From Acidobacteriota bacterium (GTDB lineage: Bacteria > Acidobacteriota > UBA890 > WLXD01), in contig CAXWPL010000003.1 of NCBI GenBank assembly GCA_963666215.2, positions 128,001 to 192,000 on the forward strand: a stretch of DNA of 64,000 bases, written 5' to 3'. A model generated the notes under the pieces. It worked only from the letters and a program-made list of their open reading frames with translations. It was not told the origin of the DNA and made no database searches. The position numbers were made by a program, and so were the translations under genes. The first letter of the stretch is position 1, and every line of letters starts with the position of its first letter. Shown here piece after piece: positions 37,609-46,467 of the stretch.

Positions 37609-39462
37609 TCAGTCGGCGGCGATCACGTGGCGGCGCTCGCGGATCTCGGCGTCGACCATCTCGGCGAAGGCGTCGAGACGCATCGTTTGCTGTTCTTGGA
37701 TGCCGTATCGCCGCACCGTGACCGATCCGTCGGCCTCCTCGTTGGCACCAACGATCAGCAGCATGGGGATCTTACGGATGCTGCCGTTGCGGATCTTCTT
37801 GCCCATGGACGCATCGCCGTTGTCGACGTCGGCGCGCACCATGTTGCGCCGCAGCGTCGACTGCACCTTGCGCGCGTACTCCTCGTGCTTCTCGCTCACA
37901 GGAATCACCAGCACCTGCAGCGGCGCCAGCCAGGTCGGGAACGCGCCACCGTAGTGCTCGATCAAGAACGCGATGAAGCGCTCGTGGGTGCCCAGCGGCG
38001 CCCGGTGAATGCAGTAGGGCGTCTGCTCGGTGCCATCGCGGTCGATGTACTTGAGGCCGAAGCGGCCGGGCACGGCAAAGTCGAGCTGGTTGGTCGAGAC
38101 GCTGAACTCCTTCTCGAGCACGCTCTCGAACTGGAAGTCGACCTTCGGGCCGTAGAAGGCGGCCTCGCCAGGCGCCACCTTGTACCAGAGGTCGAGCTCC
38201 TCGAGGGCTTCCTGCACGATTTTTTGGGTGAAGGCCCACGCTTCCGGATCGTCGAAGTACTTGTTCTTGCGCTTCTCGTCGTCCGGGTCCCACAGGCTGA
38301 GGCGCAGGAAATAGTTCTGAAAGTCGAAGAGCTCGTAGTAGCGCCGGTGCAGCTCCATCACCGCCTTGAACTCGCTCTTGAGCTGATCGCGCGTGACGTA
38401 CAGGTGCGCGTCGTTCATCGTCATGCCGCGTACGCGCGCCAACCCTTGCAGCTGGCCGCTGCGCTCGAAGCGGTACACCGTGCCGTACTCGGTGAGACGC
38501 AACGGCAGGTCGCGATACGAGCGTGGCTCGGCGCCGAAGATCATGTGGTGGTGCGGGCAGTTCATCGGCTTGAGGTAGTAGAGCTCGGGTTCGCCCTCCC
38601 CTTCCTCGGCGGCCGAACCGCCTGCCGCCGCGTCTTCGAACATGCGCAGCGGCGGGTACATGACCTCTTCGTAGAGCGGCAAGTGCCCCGACGTCCGATA
38701 GAGGTCGGCCTTGGTGATGTGCGGAGTGGCCACGGGCAGGTAGCCGAACTCGAACTCCAGCTCGGCTGCCAGCTTCTCGAGCTCGCGCCGGATGATGGCT
38801 CCGTTGGGCAGCCAAAGCGGTAATCCTTTGCCGACCTTGTCTTCGATCACGTAGATGCCGAGCTTAGGCCCCAGCACCTTGTGATCCTGATTCTTGGCCT
38901 GCTCCACCGCGTCGATGCGCTCGCGCAGCTCGACCTTGTCGGAATACGCGTAGGCGTAGATCCGCGTCAGCATCGCGTTTCGCTCGTCGCCGCGCCAGTA
39001 CGCGCCGGCAACCGAGTGCAGCTTGAACCCTTCGCGCGGCAGCTCGCTGGTGCTGGCCACGTGCGGCCCTTCACACATGTCCACGAACGGCCCGTTGGTG
39101 TAGAAGCCCAGCGTCTCGTTACCGCGCGCTAGGAGCTCCTGCGCGTACTCGAGCTTATGCGGCTCGCCCATCGCGCGGATCCGCTCGAGCGCCTCGTCGC
39201 CCGGCAGCTCTTCCTGCTCGAACGCCTGGTCCTGCCCGATGATCCGGCGCATCTCCTTCTCGATGGCCTTGAGCTCGCCCTTCGAGATCTCGGTGCCCTC
39301 GGGGAACAGGAAGTCGTAGTAGAAGCCGTCGTCGATCGGCGGCCCGAAGCCCAGCAGAGTGCCAGGATGCAGCTTCTGCACCGCCTGCGCCATCACGTGC
39401 GACAGCGAATGTCGTGAGCGGTAGAGCGGAGAGTCTTTCGAAGGTTCCGGGATAACGGGCAT
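37609..39462 (-). CDS. thrS: Threonine--tRNA ligase (short form without the N-terminal TGS domain)
   Basis: RHSLSHVMAQAV, GPPIDDGFYYD, DMCEGPH, KPMNCPHH, AAFYGPK, IHRAPLG. Confidence 0.97.
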   Translation of the reverse strand: MPVIPEPSKDSPLYRSRHSLSHVMAQAVQKLHPGTLLGFGPPIDDGFYYDFLFPEGTEISKGELKAIEKEMRRIIGQDQAFEQEELPGDEALERIRAMGEPHKLEYAQELLARGNETLGFYTNGPFVDMCEGPHVASTSELPREGFKLHSVAGAYWRGDERNAMLTRIYAYAYSDKVELRERIDAVEQAKNQDHKVLGPKLGIYVIEDKVGKGLPLWLPNGAIIRRELEKLAAELEFEFGYLPVATPHITKADLYRTSGHLPLYEEVMYPPLRMFEDAAAGGSAAEEGEGEPELYYLKPMNCPHHHMIFGAEPRSYRDLPLRLTEYGTVYRFERSGQLQGLARVRGMTMNDAHLYVTRDQLKSEFKAVMELHRRYYELFDFQNYFLRLSLWDPDDEKRKNKYFDDPEAWAFTQKIVQEALEELDLWYKVAPGEAAFYGPKVDFQFESVLEKEFSVSTNQLDFAVPGRFGLKYIDRDGTEQTPYCIHRAPLGTHERFIAFLIEHYGGAFPTWLAPLQVLVIPVSEKHEEYARKVQSTLRRNMVRADVDNGDASMGKKIRNGSIRKIPMLLIVGANEEADGSVTVRRYGIQEQQTMRLDAFAEMVDAEIRERRHVIAAD

Positions 39463-39801
39463 CGGTCGCCAGAAAAAGGGAGTCGAGGAGGCGGCGCATC
39501 GATACGACCGCGTCCGCGGAGGGCGACGCCAGGTCTTTTGGAAAGAGCCGGCGATGTCGGAGGCCTGAGGATATCCCAAGGCGATGGCCGCAGACGGCAC
39601 GTGCAACCTGCGATCCCGGCCCGTGCTCGGCGCTCGAAAGCGGCGGCCAGGCGGTGCGGCCCAACTTCCCGATCGACTGCCGGGTCCCCTAGGGCACCAC
39701 GACGTAGTTTCTCGTGATTGCGGCTCATGCGGCCGGTACGCTTCTGCGGCAACATGTGGACGCGCGGCCGCGAGGGGGGCTTGCGCTTGGTGATGCTGGA
39801 G

Positions 39802-39827
39802 TATATCCATTAGTGGATATATCCACT
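39802..39827. promoter_or_regulatory. Two overlapping inverted repeats, operator-like
   Basis: TATATCCA-TTAG-TGGATATA (39802-39821) and AGTGGATATATCCACT (39812-39827). Confidence 0.6.
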
Positions 39828-39879
39828 TGCGAGAAAATCGATGTCGAAGTCCGAACCTCCCGACCGTTCCGGCCGGCTA

Positions 39880-40152
39880 CGCGTTGCGCTCGGCGCCGCA
39901 CCGTCGCACGTCATGCGCCTGGTGATGGTCCAGGGGATGGTGCAGCTGGGCATCGGGCTCAGCATCGGCCTGGCGCTGTCGCTGCTCCTCGGCCGCGGCC
40001 TGACCCTCGTGCTCTACCAGGTGTCGATGGTGGATCCGCTGGTGTTCGGCGGGATCGCGGCGGTGCTGATGATTACCGGGCTGGCGGCGGCTTACATTCC
40101 GGCGCGGCGCGCGACGCGGGTGGATCCGCTGGTGGCGATGCGGGCCGACTGA
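39880..40152 (+). pseudogene. C-terminal fragment of an ADOP/MacB-FtsX-type ABC permease
   Basis: RVALGA..VMRLV..QG...YQVSMVDPLVF...IPARRATRVDPLVAMRAD; only the last ~90 aa of a normally much longer protein. Confidence 0.8.
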
Positions 40153-40302
40153 ACCACAGACACGTCGCTCGGGGGACTCGTCGGGGCCGTCGTCATCCGT
40201 CGATTCGGACTTCGGTCGGAATATGCGCCCGTGGAACCGGCGGTGCCGCGCGCGACTACCGCGGCCGGCGGAGGATCAAGGGCAGGCGGCCGTCCCTCGA
40301 GA

Positions 40303-40724
40303 TCAAGCGAGCCACCCGTTCGCCGTTGCCTTGCGGCCGAGAATTACCAGGCCGATCGCGATCACCAGCACCAGACCTGCAGCCCCATCGCTCCGGGACC
40401 GGCCAGCGAGCCGGCGTTGGTCAGCACGAAGATCCCGAGGTCCTGGACGATCACTCCAACGAGCGACGCGATCAACAGAGGGGTAGCCCACCGCTTGCGC
40501 AAGATGAGACCGATACAGCCCGCCGCCCCACCCCATACCGCAACCGCCGTCGCGGCGACCGTCCACGAGAGCCGGGAAGCGTAGATTGCCTGCTCGGCAG
40601 CGCTCATTGCCGCGACGTCCTCTGGCGTAACCATCACGTCGGCGAGGTAAGCGGCGCAGCCCATCAAGTTCCAAAGAAGGGCACCAATCGCTACCGGTAG
40701 GTACCACTTCGGCGTCGTTTCCAT
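40303..40724 (-). CDS. Four-TM membrane protein, frameshifted at ~40376-40377
   Basis: ORF 40362..40742 (WYLPVAIGALLWNLMGC...) joins the C-terminus GLVLVIAIGLVILGRKATANGWLA of another frame if one G is added. Confidence 0.7.
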
Positions 40725-40924
40725 TGCTTCTCCCGCTGTCATCGAATCGCGAGCGCTCGACCGCCCCGCGCTGGCGCCGGAACGTAGCCAATCCCGCTGG
40801 CAAAGTCCAGGGGTGCGGCCATGCTTTCACCGCGCAGCGGCCGGATTCGGGCGAGCTTCAGACCACGATCTGGGCACTGCGGCCGAGTCGCGGTTTTCAT
40901 CGCCGAACTGTGGCGGTGCGGCAG

Positions 40925-42592
40925 CTAGCTCGACGAGATGCGCTCGCCGGCTTGCATCGTCAGCGCTACAGCCTCGGCGGCGCGGATGCCGTCGACTCCC
41001 GCCGTCAGAATTCCGCCCGCGTAGCCGGCGCCCTCACCTGCCGGGAAAAGCCCGCGGGTGTTGATGCTGTGCCCGTCGTCGCCGCGGCGAATGCGGATGG
41101 GCGACGACGTTCGGGTTTCCACTCCGGTCAGCACCGCGTCCTCCCGCGCAAAGCCCCGGAGCTTGCGATCGAACATGGGAATCGCCTCTCGAATGGCGGC
41201 GATCGCGAACTCGGGCAGGCACTCACGCAGGTCTCCGAGCCGGACTCCCGGCGTGTAGGACGGAACGACGGCCCCCAACGATGTGGACGGCCGCTGGGCC
41301 AGAAAATCACCCACCAGCTGTCCGGGAGCCTCGTAGGTGTCGCCGGCGGCGGCAAAAGCCAGGGCCTCGTAGCGTCGCTGAAACGCCACGCCGGCCAGCG
41401 CGTCGCCCGGGAAATCCCCCTCCGGGGTGATGTCTACAACAATGCCGCTGTTGGCATTACGCTCGCTACGGTGGTGCTCACTCATGCCGTTGGTCACCAC
41501 CCCGCCGAGCTCCGAAGCGGCAGCGACCACCGTGCCGCCCGGGCACATGCAGAAGCTGTAGACCGATCGACCCTCGAGCCCCGGGCCCCGGCAGTGGTGC
41601 GACAGACGGTAGTCCGCCGCCCCGAGCAGCGGATGGCCCGCGTTCTTGCCGAAGCGACAGGCGTCGATCAGCTTCTGCGGATGCTCGATACGCACGCCAA
41701 TCGAGAACGGCTTCGGCTCGAGGTAAACCCCGCAGTCCCGCAGCATCTCGAACGTGTCGCGCGCACTGTGTCCGACGGCGAGCACCACCTGATCGGCGCG
41801 AATCTCCTCGCCGTCGCGAAGCCGCAGCCCGCGGATGGTTTGGCTGGGGCCACCTTCTGTGGTGCCGTCTTCTATAAGGAGGCGATCGACCCGTGTGCGG
41901 AAGCGGATCTCGCCTCCCAGCGATTCGATCTTGGCTCGCAGCTTCTCGAGGATCTTGACGAGCCTGAGGGTGCCGATGTGGGGTCGCGAGTCGTAGAGAA
42001 TCTCGGGCCGCGCTCCCGCCTCCACGAGCTCGGTCAAGACCTTGCGACCGAGGTGGCGGGGATCGCGGATCTGGCTGTAGAGCTTGCCGTCGGAGAACGT
42101 CCCGGCGCCGCCTTCGCCGAACTGCACGTTCGACTCCGGGTCGAGCTCCCTGCCTCTCCAGAAGCCGAACGTATCAGCCGTCCGCTCGCGAGCCTTCTTG
42201 CCGCGCTCGAGAATCAGCGGCCGCAATCCCATCTCCGCCAGGAGCAGGCCGGCGAAGATGCCGCACGGGCCCATGCCGACGACCACCGGCCGCAAGGCTT
42301 TGTCGCTTGCCGCGGCGGGCGCAATCGCCGGGCCGTGGTAGGTCATGTCGGGCGTCGGCCTCACGTTGTTGTCCGTCGCCAAACGCTCGAGCACGCGTGC
42401 TTCGAGCGCGGTCTCGACATCAACGGAGTAGACGAGCTTGACCGCGCTCCGACGTCGAGCGTCATAGCTGCGCTTGAAGACGGTACAGGCAGCGATCTCG
42501 GACCGATCGACCCCGAGCCGCGCGGCCACAGCCTTCAGGAGAGCCTGCTCGTCGTGATCGAGGGCAAGCTCGAGTGAGGTGACACGAAGCAT
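40925..42592 (-). CDS. NAD(P)/FAD-dependent oxidoreductase (uncharacterised, COG2509-like)
   Basis: VVVGMGPCG, QFGEGGAGTFSDGKL, SFCMCPGG, PAGEGAGYAGGI. Confidence 0.9.
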   Translation of the reverse strand: MLRVTSLELALDHDEQALLKAVAARLGVDRSEIAACTVFKRSYDARRRSAVKLVYSVDVETALEARVLERLATDNNVRPTPDMTYHGPAIAPAAASDKALRPVVVGMGPCGIFAGLLLAEMGLRPLILERGKKARERTADTFGFWRGRELDPESNVQFGEGGAGTFSDGKLYSQIRDPRHLGRKVLTELVEAGARPEILYDSRPHIGTLRLVKILEKLRAKIESLGGEIRFRTRVDRLLIEDGTTEGGPSQTIRGLRLRDGEEIRADQVVLAVGHSARDTFEMLRDCGVYLEPKPFSIGVRIEHPQKLIDACRFGKNAGHPLLGAADYRLSHHCRGPGLEGRSVYSFCMCPGGTVVAAASELGGVVTNGMSEHHRSERNANSGIVVDITPEGDFPGDALAGVAFQRRYEALAFAAAGDTYEAPGQLVGDFLAQRPSTSLGAVVPSYTPGVRLGDLRECLPEFAIAAIREAIPMFDRKLRGFAREDAVLTGVETRTSSPIRIRRGDDGHSINTRGLFPAGEGAGYAGGILTAGVDGIRAAEAVALTMQAGERISSS

Positions 42593-42737
42593 GACGCGGC
42601 TCGTCCGCCGGCTCTCATCGCACGGTCGACTGCCACGCGAAGCACGCCGGGAGGGTGGGCGCAGAGCGTACCGGTTCTAGTCGGAGAGCGCGGGCCTCGG
42701 CGCGCTGGCGTTCACCGATGAGGCGCGGCTGACCGGC

Positions 42738-43241
42738 TCACGCACCGGAGTCTCGGACGTATTTCCCACCCATGATCTTGGCAAGAAGGCCGTCGCGTTC
42801 CTGCTGCAGCGTCCAGCGATAACCCTCGAGGGCGAACTCCCACGTTTCGACGTAGCGGCCGCCCTGTTCGCCGTGACTGAGCAGGTCGTGAACGACGGTT
42901 TGGTCGCGCACTCTCGAGTGGTATTCGAACAGCGTCACCGGCATGTCGGTGGCAACAACGATGCCGCGAACCCCTTCACCGGCCGGGTCGGCGTACCAGA
43001 GGCCTTCGGAGACGAGCTTCCATTCGCCCGCGATCATGAAGTATCCGCGCGAGCGGATCGCGGTTTGGCCGACACCCCACTCGAGCACGTGTCGTGAGTC
43101 AGCGGCCTTCCATTCGCCGACAACCAGCTCGGCGAAAGCAGCGAGCTCGCCATTGGCCGGTGGTGCCGCCACCACGGGCGAAGCCGGCAACGTGAGTCCG
43201 AGTAATAGTAGCCATGAAAAAAATCGAGCGAAGGATCGCAT
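42738..43241 (-). CDS. Hypothetical exported protein
   Basis: Signal peptide MRSFARFFSWLLLLGLTLPAS; purine-rich RBS; beta-rich body. Confidence 0.6.
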   Translation of the reverse strand: MRSFARFFSWLLLLGLTLPASPVVAAPPANGELAAFAELVVGEWKAADSRHVLEWGVGQTAIRSRGYFMIAGEWKLVSEGLWYADPAGEGVRGIVVATDMPVTLFEYHSRVRDQTVVHDLLSHGEQGGRYVETWEFALEGYRWTLQQERDGLLAKIMGGKYVRDSGA

Positions 43242-43374
43242 GCGGGATCTCCCTTCCTCTTTTTCTGTTCGGTTCCGTTTGGCGCGCCCACCCGGACACG
43301 TCCGATAGCGCGATCGTAGGTCGCCTGACCTCGCCCCCATTGAACGAATGTGACCGCCCGATGCGCCCTGTTCG

Positions 43375-44157
43375 TCAGCGAATTTGTTCGGGAACGAAGT
43401 TCGCGGCCTCGCCGGGGTCGAGGTTGCGGCCCCACGCCACTTGCCTACGGCGCACGTACTCGCCCGGCGTCATGCCCGTGAACACACGGAATTCGCGGAT
43501 CGCGTGCGGTTGGTCGGCATACCCCGCCCCGGCGGCCTCGTAGGGCCAGCGAATCGGCTTGCGCGCGTCGAGCTCGTCGATCAGGCGTCGCATGCGCGCG
43601 ATGCGCTGCAGCACTTTCGGCGCCAGCCCCGCGCGGGCGCGCACCTGGCCGATGAAGTACCGCCGACTGACCTCCATCTCCTCCTGAACCTCTGCCACGG
43701 TCGTCGGCTCGCCGCTGATTAACCGATCGATCGCGGCAAGCCAATCGTTGCTTCGGTGCGCCGGCTGAATACCTTCGACCAGCCAATCGACGACGGCCGC
43801 GACACCAAGCGCTGGCGTCGTAGCTTCGAGCTGAGCCAGCAGTTTCTCCGGCGGCGCCAGCGTCGTGTCGATCTGGGACAGCGGCAGGATCCGGTTGGCG
43901 AGCATTGCGGCCGAACCCTTCACAAACCCGGAGATTCCGCCCGCACGCATCGATACGCCGTATACGAAGGTCTCCGCTGTCGGCTCGTTGATGATGGGTC
44001 GCTCGTGTGGGCCGCTCAGCCACGCGCCGCGAATCTCGCGGATCTGGCGCTGTGCCGCTCCGGCCACCGGCTCCAGTCTTGCTTCAAGCGGGCCTCGACA
44101 ATCGACCAGGCCGTGGCGTCGAACTGGCGGTTGCGCCGCGATCTGGAGCGTCGCCAC
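43375..44157 (-). CDS. AraC family transcriptional regulator (start uncertain)
   Basis: GLAPKVLQRIARM...GYADQPHAIREFRVFTGMTPGEY HTH signature. Confidence 0.8.
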   Translation of the reverse strand: MATLQIAAQPPVRRHGLVDCRGPLEARLEPVAGAAQRQIREIRGAWLSGPHERPIINEPTAETFVYGVSMRAGGISGFVKGSAAMLANRILPLSQIDTTLAPPEKLLAQLEATTPALGVAAVVDWLVEGIQPAHRSNDWLAAIDRLISGEPTTVAEVQEEMEVSRRYFIGQVRARAGLAPKVLQRIARMRRLIDELDARKPIRWPYEAAGAGYADQPHAIREFRVFTGMTPGEYVRRRQVAWGRNLDPGEAANFVPEQIR

Positions 44158-44218
44158 CGTGCCAGGTCATCGGCAGTACTGGGCCGATACCAGCCATCGC
44201 TGCTGGCGGCACACTAAT

Positions 44219-45511
44219 CTAACTCAGATAGTCGCGAAATTCTTCGTATTCTGTCGACAGCGGCGTGAAGCGCTCGGGCTTGTCCAGGCATTCGGCCAGC
44301 ACGGCCGGCGTCTCGATCGCGTGGCCGATCGTGGGCTCGACGATCTCTTTGAACTTGGCTGGATGGGCGGTGGCCAGGAAGACGCCGCAGCCGTCGGGCA
44401 GTATCTCACCGACCGTGCGCAGGCCAAGGTAACCCACAGCCGAATGTGGATCCAGCACGTAGCCTGAAGCGTGGTAGATCTGTTGCATCGTCCTTTGCAC
44501 CTCGTCGTCCGTATGGTGGCTGCCGACGAGGTCTCGGCGGAGGGCGGCGATGTCGTCGCCGTAGAGATACCGAATACGGCTGAGGTTGCTGGGATCGCCG
44601 ACGTCCATCGCATTGGAGATTGTCGATACGGATGGACGTGGGTCGACGGTCCCGGTTTCCAGATAGCGCGGCACCGTGTCGTTGACGTTCGTCGCGGCGA
44701 CGAAGCGTGCGACGGGTAGCCCGAGTCGCTTTGCCATCAGGCCGGCGGTGAGGTTGCCGAAGTTACCGCTCGGGGTGCTGATCACGGCCGCGCCGTGATT
44801 GTGAGGCAGCTGCGACATGGCACAAAAATAGTAGAAGATCTGGGGCAGGAGTCGGCCGACGTTGATCGAGTTTGCGGACGCCAGAGGACGAACGCGGCGT
44901 AGATCCGTGTCTGCGAACGCCTGCTTCACGAGCCGCTGGCAATCATCGAACGACCCGTCAATTGCCAGGCTCGAGACGTTGCCGTTCAGGGTGGTGAAGA
45001 GCTTCTTCTGGGCCTCGCTGACCTGCCTCTCCGGGAATAGAACCTCCACCCGGAAGCCGTCGAGTCCGTGGAATGCGTGCGCCACTGCGGCACCCGTGTC
45101 GCCGGAAGTGGCGACCAGAATGGTGAGCTCTTCGTCCTGCGCTTTGCGAAAATGGAGCATGAGCTGCGCCATGAAGCGCGCCCCGACATCCTTGAAGGCG
45201 AGTGTAGGTCCCCAGAAGAGCTCGAGGCAGTGGATGCCCTCCTCTATCCTGACGAGGGGCACAGGGAAAGTGAGGCTGGTCTCGACGATTTGTCTCAAGG
45301 CCCCCGCCTCCAGATCGTCTCCCAACAGGTGGCTGGCCAGCCGGCCGGCGATCTCCTCCCGGCTCGCTTCGAGAAGTGTCTCGACGGCCTCAGGCGCCAG
45401 CGGCTCCAGCCGTGCCGGCACGTACAGCCCGCCGTCGGGTGCCAATCCGCTGCCTAGCGCGTCGCGCAGCGACACTTCGGGCGAGGCGCCCCGGGTGCTC
45501 AGGAAACGCAT
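44219..45511 (-). CDS. thrC: Threonine synthase
   Basis: GLAPDGGLYVP, ELFWGPTLAFKD, ATSGDTG, NSINVGR, PSGNFGN, TAHPAKF. Confidence 0.97.
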   Translation of the reverse strand: MRFLSTRGASPEVSLRDALGSGLAPDGGLYVPARLEPLAPEAVETLLEASREEIAGRLASHLLGDDLEAGALRQIVETSLTFPVPLVRIEEGIHCLELFWGPTLAFKDVGARFMAQLMLHFRKAQDEELTILVATSGDTGAAVAHAFHGLDGFRVEVLFPERQVSEAQKKLFTTLNGNVSSLAIDGSFDDCQRLVKQAFADTDLRRVRPLASANSINVGRLLPQIFYYFCAMSQLPHNHGAAVISTPSGNFGNLTAGLMAKRLGLPVARFVAATNVNDTVPRYLETGTVDPRPSVSTISNAMDVGDPSNLSRIRYLYGDDIAALRRDLVGSHHTDDEVQRTMQQIYHASGYVLDPHSAVGYLGLRTVGEILPDGCGVFLATAHPAKFKEIVEPTIGHAIETPAVLAECLDKPERFTPLSTEYEEFRDYLS

Positions 45512-46467
45512 GGTACGGGCGGCAGCTCGGAGTCGGCGAGAACGTGAGCACCGCGGGTGCCGACTGCGGTCGCGTAGTGCTCCGATTCGATGCCGACCTT
45601 GCGCTGGAAAGTCTCGTGCATCGCCAGCGCGGCTGCTGTAGCTCCCGCCCGGTCGCGACAGAGCGCGAAGATGGCGGGCCCGGAACCAGACAGGCTGCAG
45701 CCGAGCGCGCCCGCCTCCAGCGCCGCAGCTTTGACAGCAGCGAAACCAGGCACGATCGGCGCTCGGACAGGCTCTGCCACGACGTCGACCAGGCAACGCT
45801 CGAGCAGTTCCCAGTCGGCCCGATAGAGTGCGGCTATGAGGCCGGCTATGTTCGCCCACTGGGTTACGGCCTGTTGCAGCGGCAGGGTGTCGCCCAGCAG
45901 TATCCTCGCCTCGTGAGTGCGCACCTCGATCCGTGGTCGCAGAAGCCCGCACGAGAGCTCACCTGGAACGGGCAGCTCAATGATGTCGGGCGGCACCGCG
46001 CTGCGCACGAGGACCAGGGAGCCGTAAAGGCTGGGAGCGACGTTGTCAGCATGAACCGATCCGGATGCCGCGCGCTCGCCTTCGATGGCGCAAAGGAGAA
46101 GCTCGTCGGAGCTGAGCTCGCCCTGGAGCGCGGCATCGGCGGCGACCGCGCCGGCGACCGAGCTCGCAGCGCTGCTTCCCAGGCCGCTCGAGAGGGGCAT
46201 GTGCTTGTCGATCTCGAGAACGAGCCCGCGGTCTTTGACTCCGAGTCGGTCGAGCACCGCCTGAGCCGCGATCGAGGCCGTGTTCAGCTGCGGATCTCGC
46301 GGTAGTCGTCCGCGGGCGCCGCGAATCTCGGCGATGACGATGCCGGGCTCCTCCGTGGTCTCGGCTCGGACGATGTCGCCGAGAGACTCGATGCCGAAGC
46401 CGAGGATGTCGAACCCGCAGGTGACATTCGAGACCGAGGCAGGTGCGAAGGCTCTTGCGGCGGTCAT
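45499..46467 (-). CDS. thrB: Homoserine kinase
   Basis: APASVSNVTCGFD, PLSSGLGSSAAS, HADNVAP, SGSGP. Confidence 0.96.
   Translation of the reverse strand: MTAARAFAPASVSNVTCGFDILGFGIESLGDIVRAETTEEPGIVIAEIRGARGRLPRDPQLNTASIAAQAVLDRLGVKDRGLVLEIDKHMPLSSGLGSSAASSVAGAVAADAALQGELSSDELLLCAIEGERAASGSVHADNVAPSLYGSLVLVRSAVPPDIIELPVPGELSCGLLRPRIEVRTHEARILLGDTLPLQQAVTQWANIAGLIAALYRADWELLERCLVDVVAEPVRAPIVPGFAAVKAAALEAGALGCSLSGSGPAIFALCRDRAGATAAALAMHETFQRKVGIESEHYATAVGTRGAHVLADSELPPVPCVS

Noticed and set aside
39463-39800. T-box or tRNA-mimic operator upstream of thrS
   Set aside because: No GGUGGNACC T-box sequence or convincing anticodon-like hairpins on the minus strand.
37552-42577. ORFs 37552..38823(+) and 40724..42577(+)
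   Set aside because: Antisense to thrS and to the FAD oxidoreductase.
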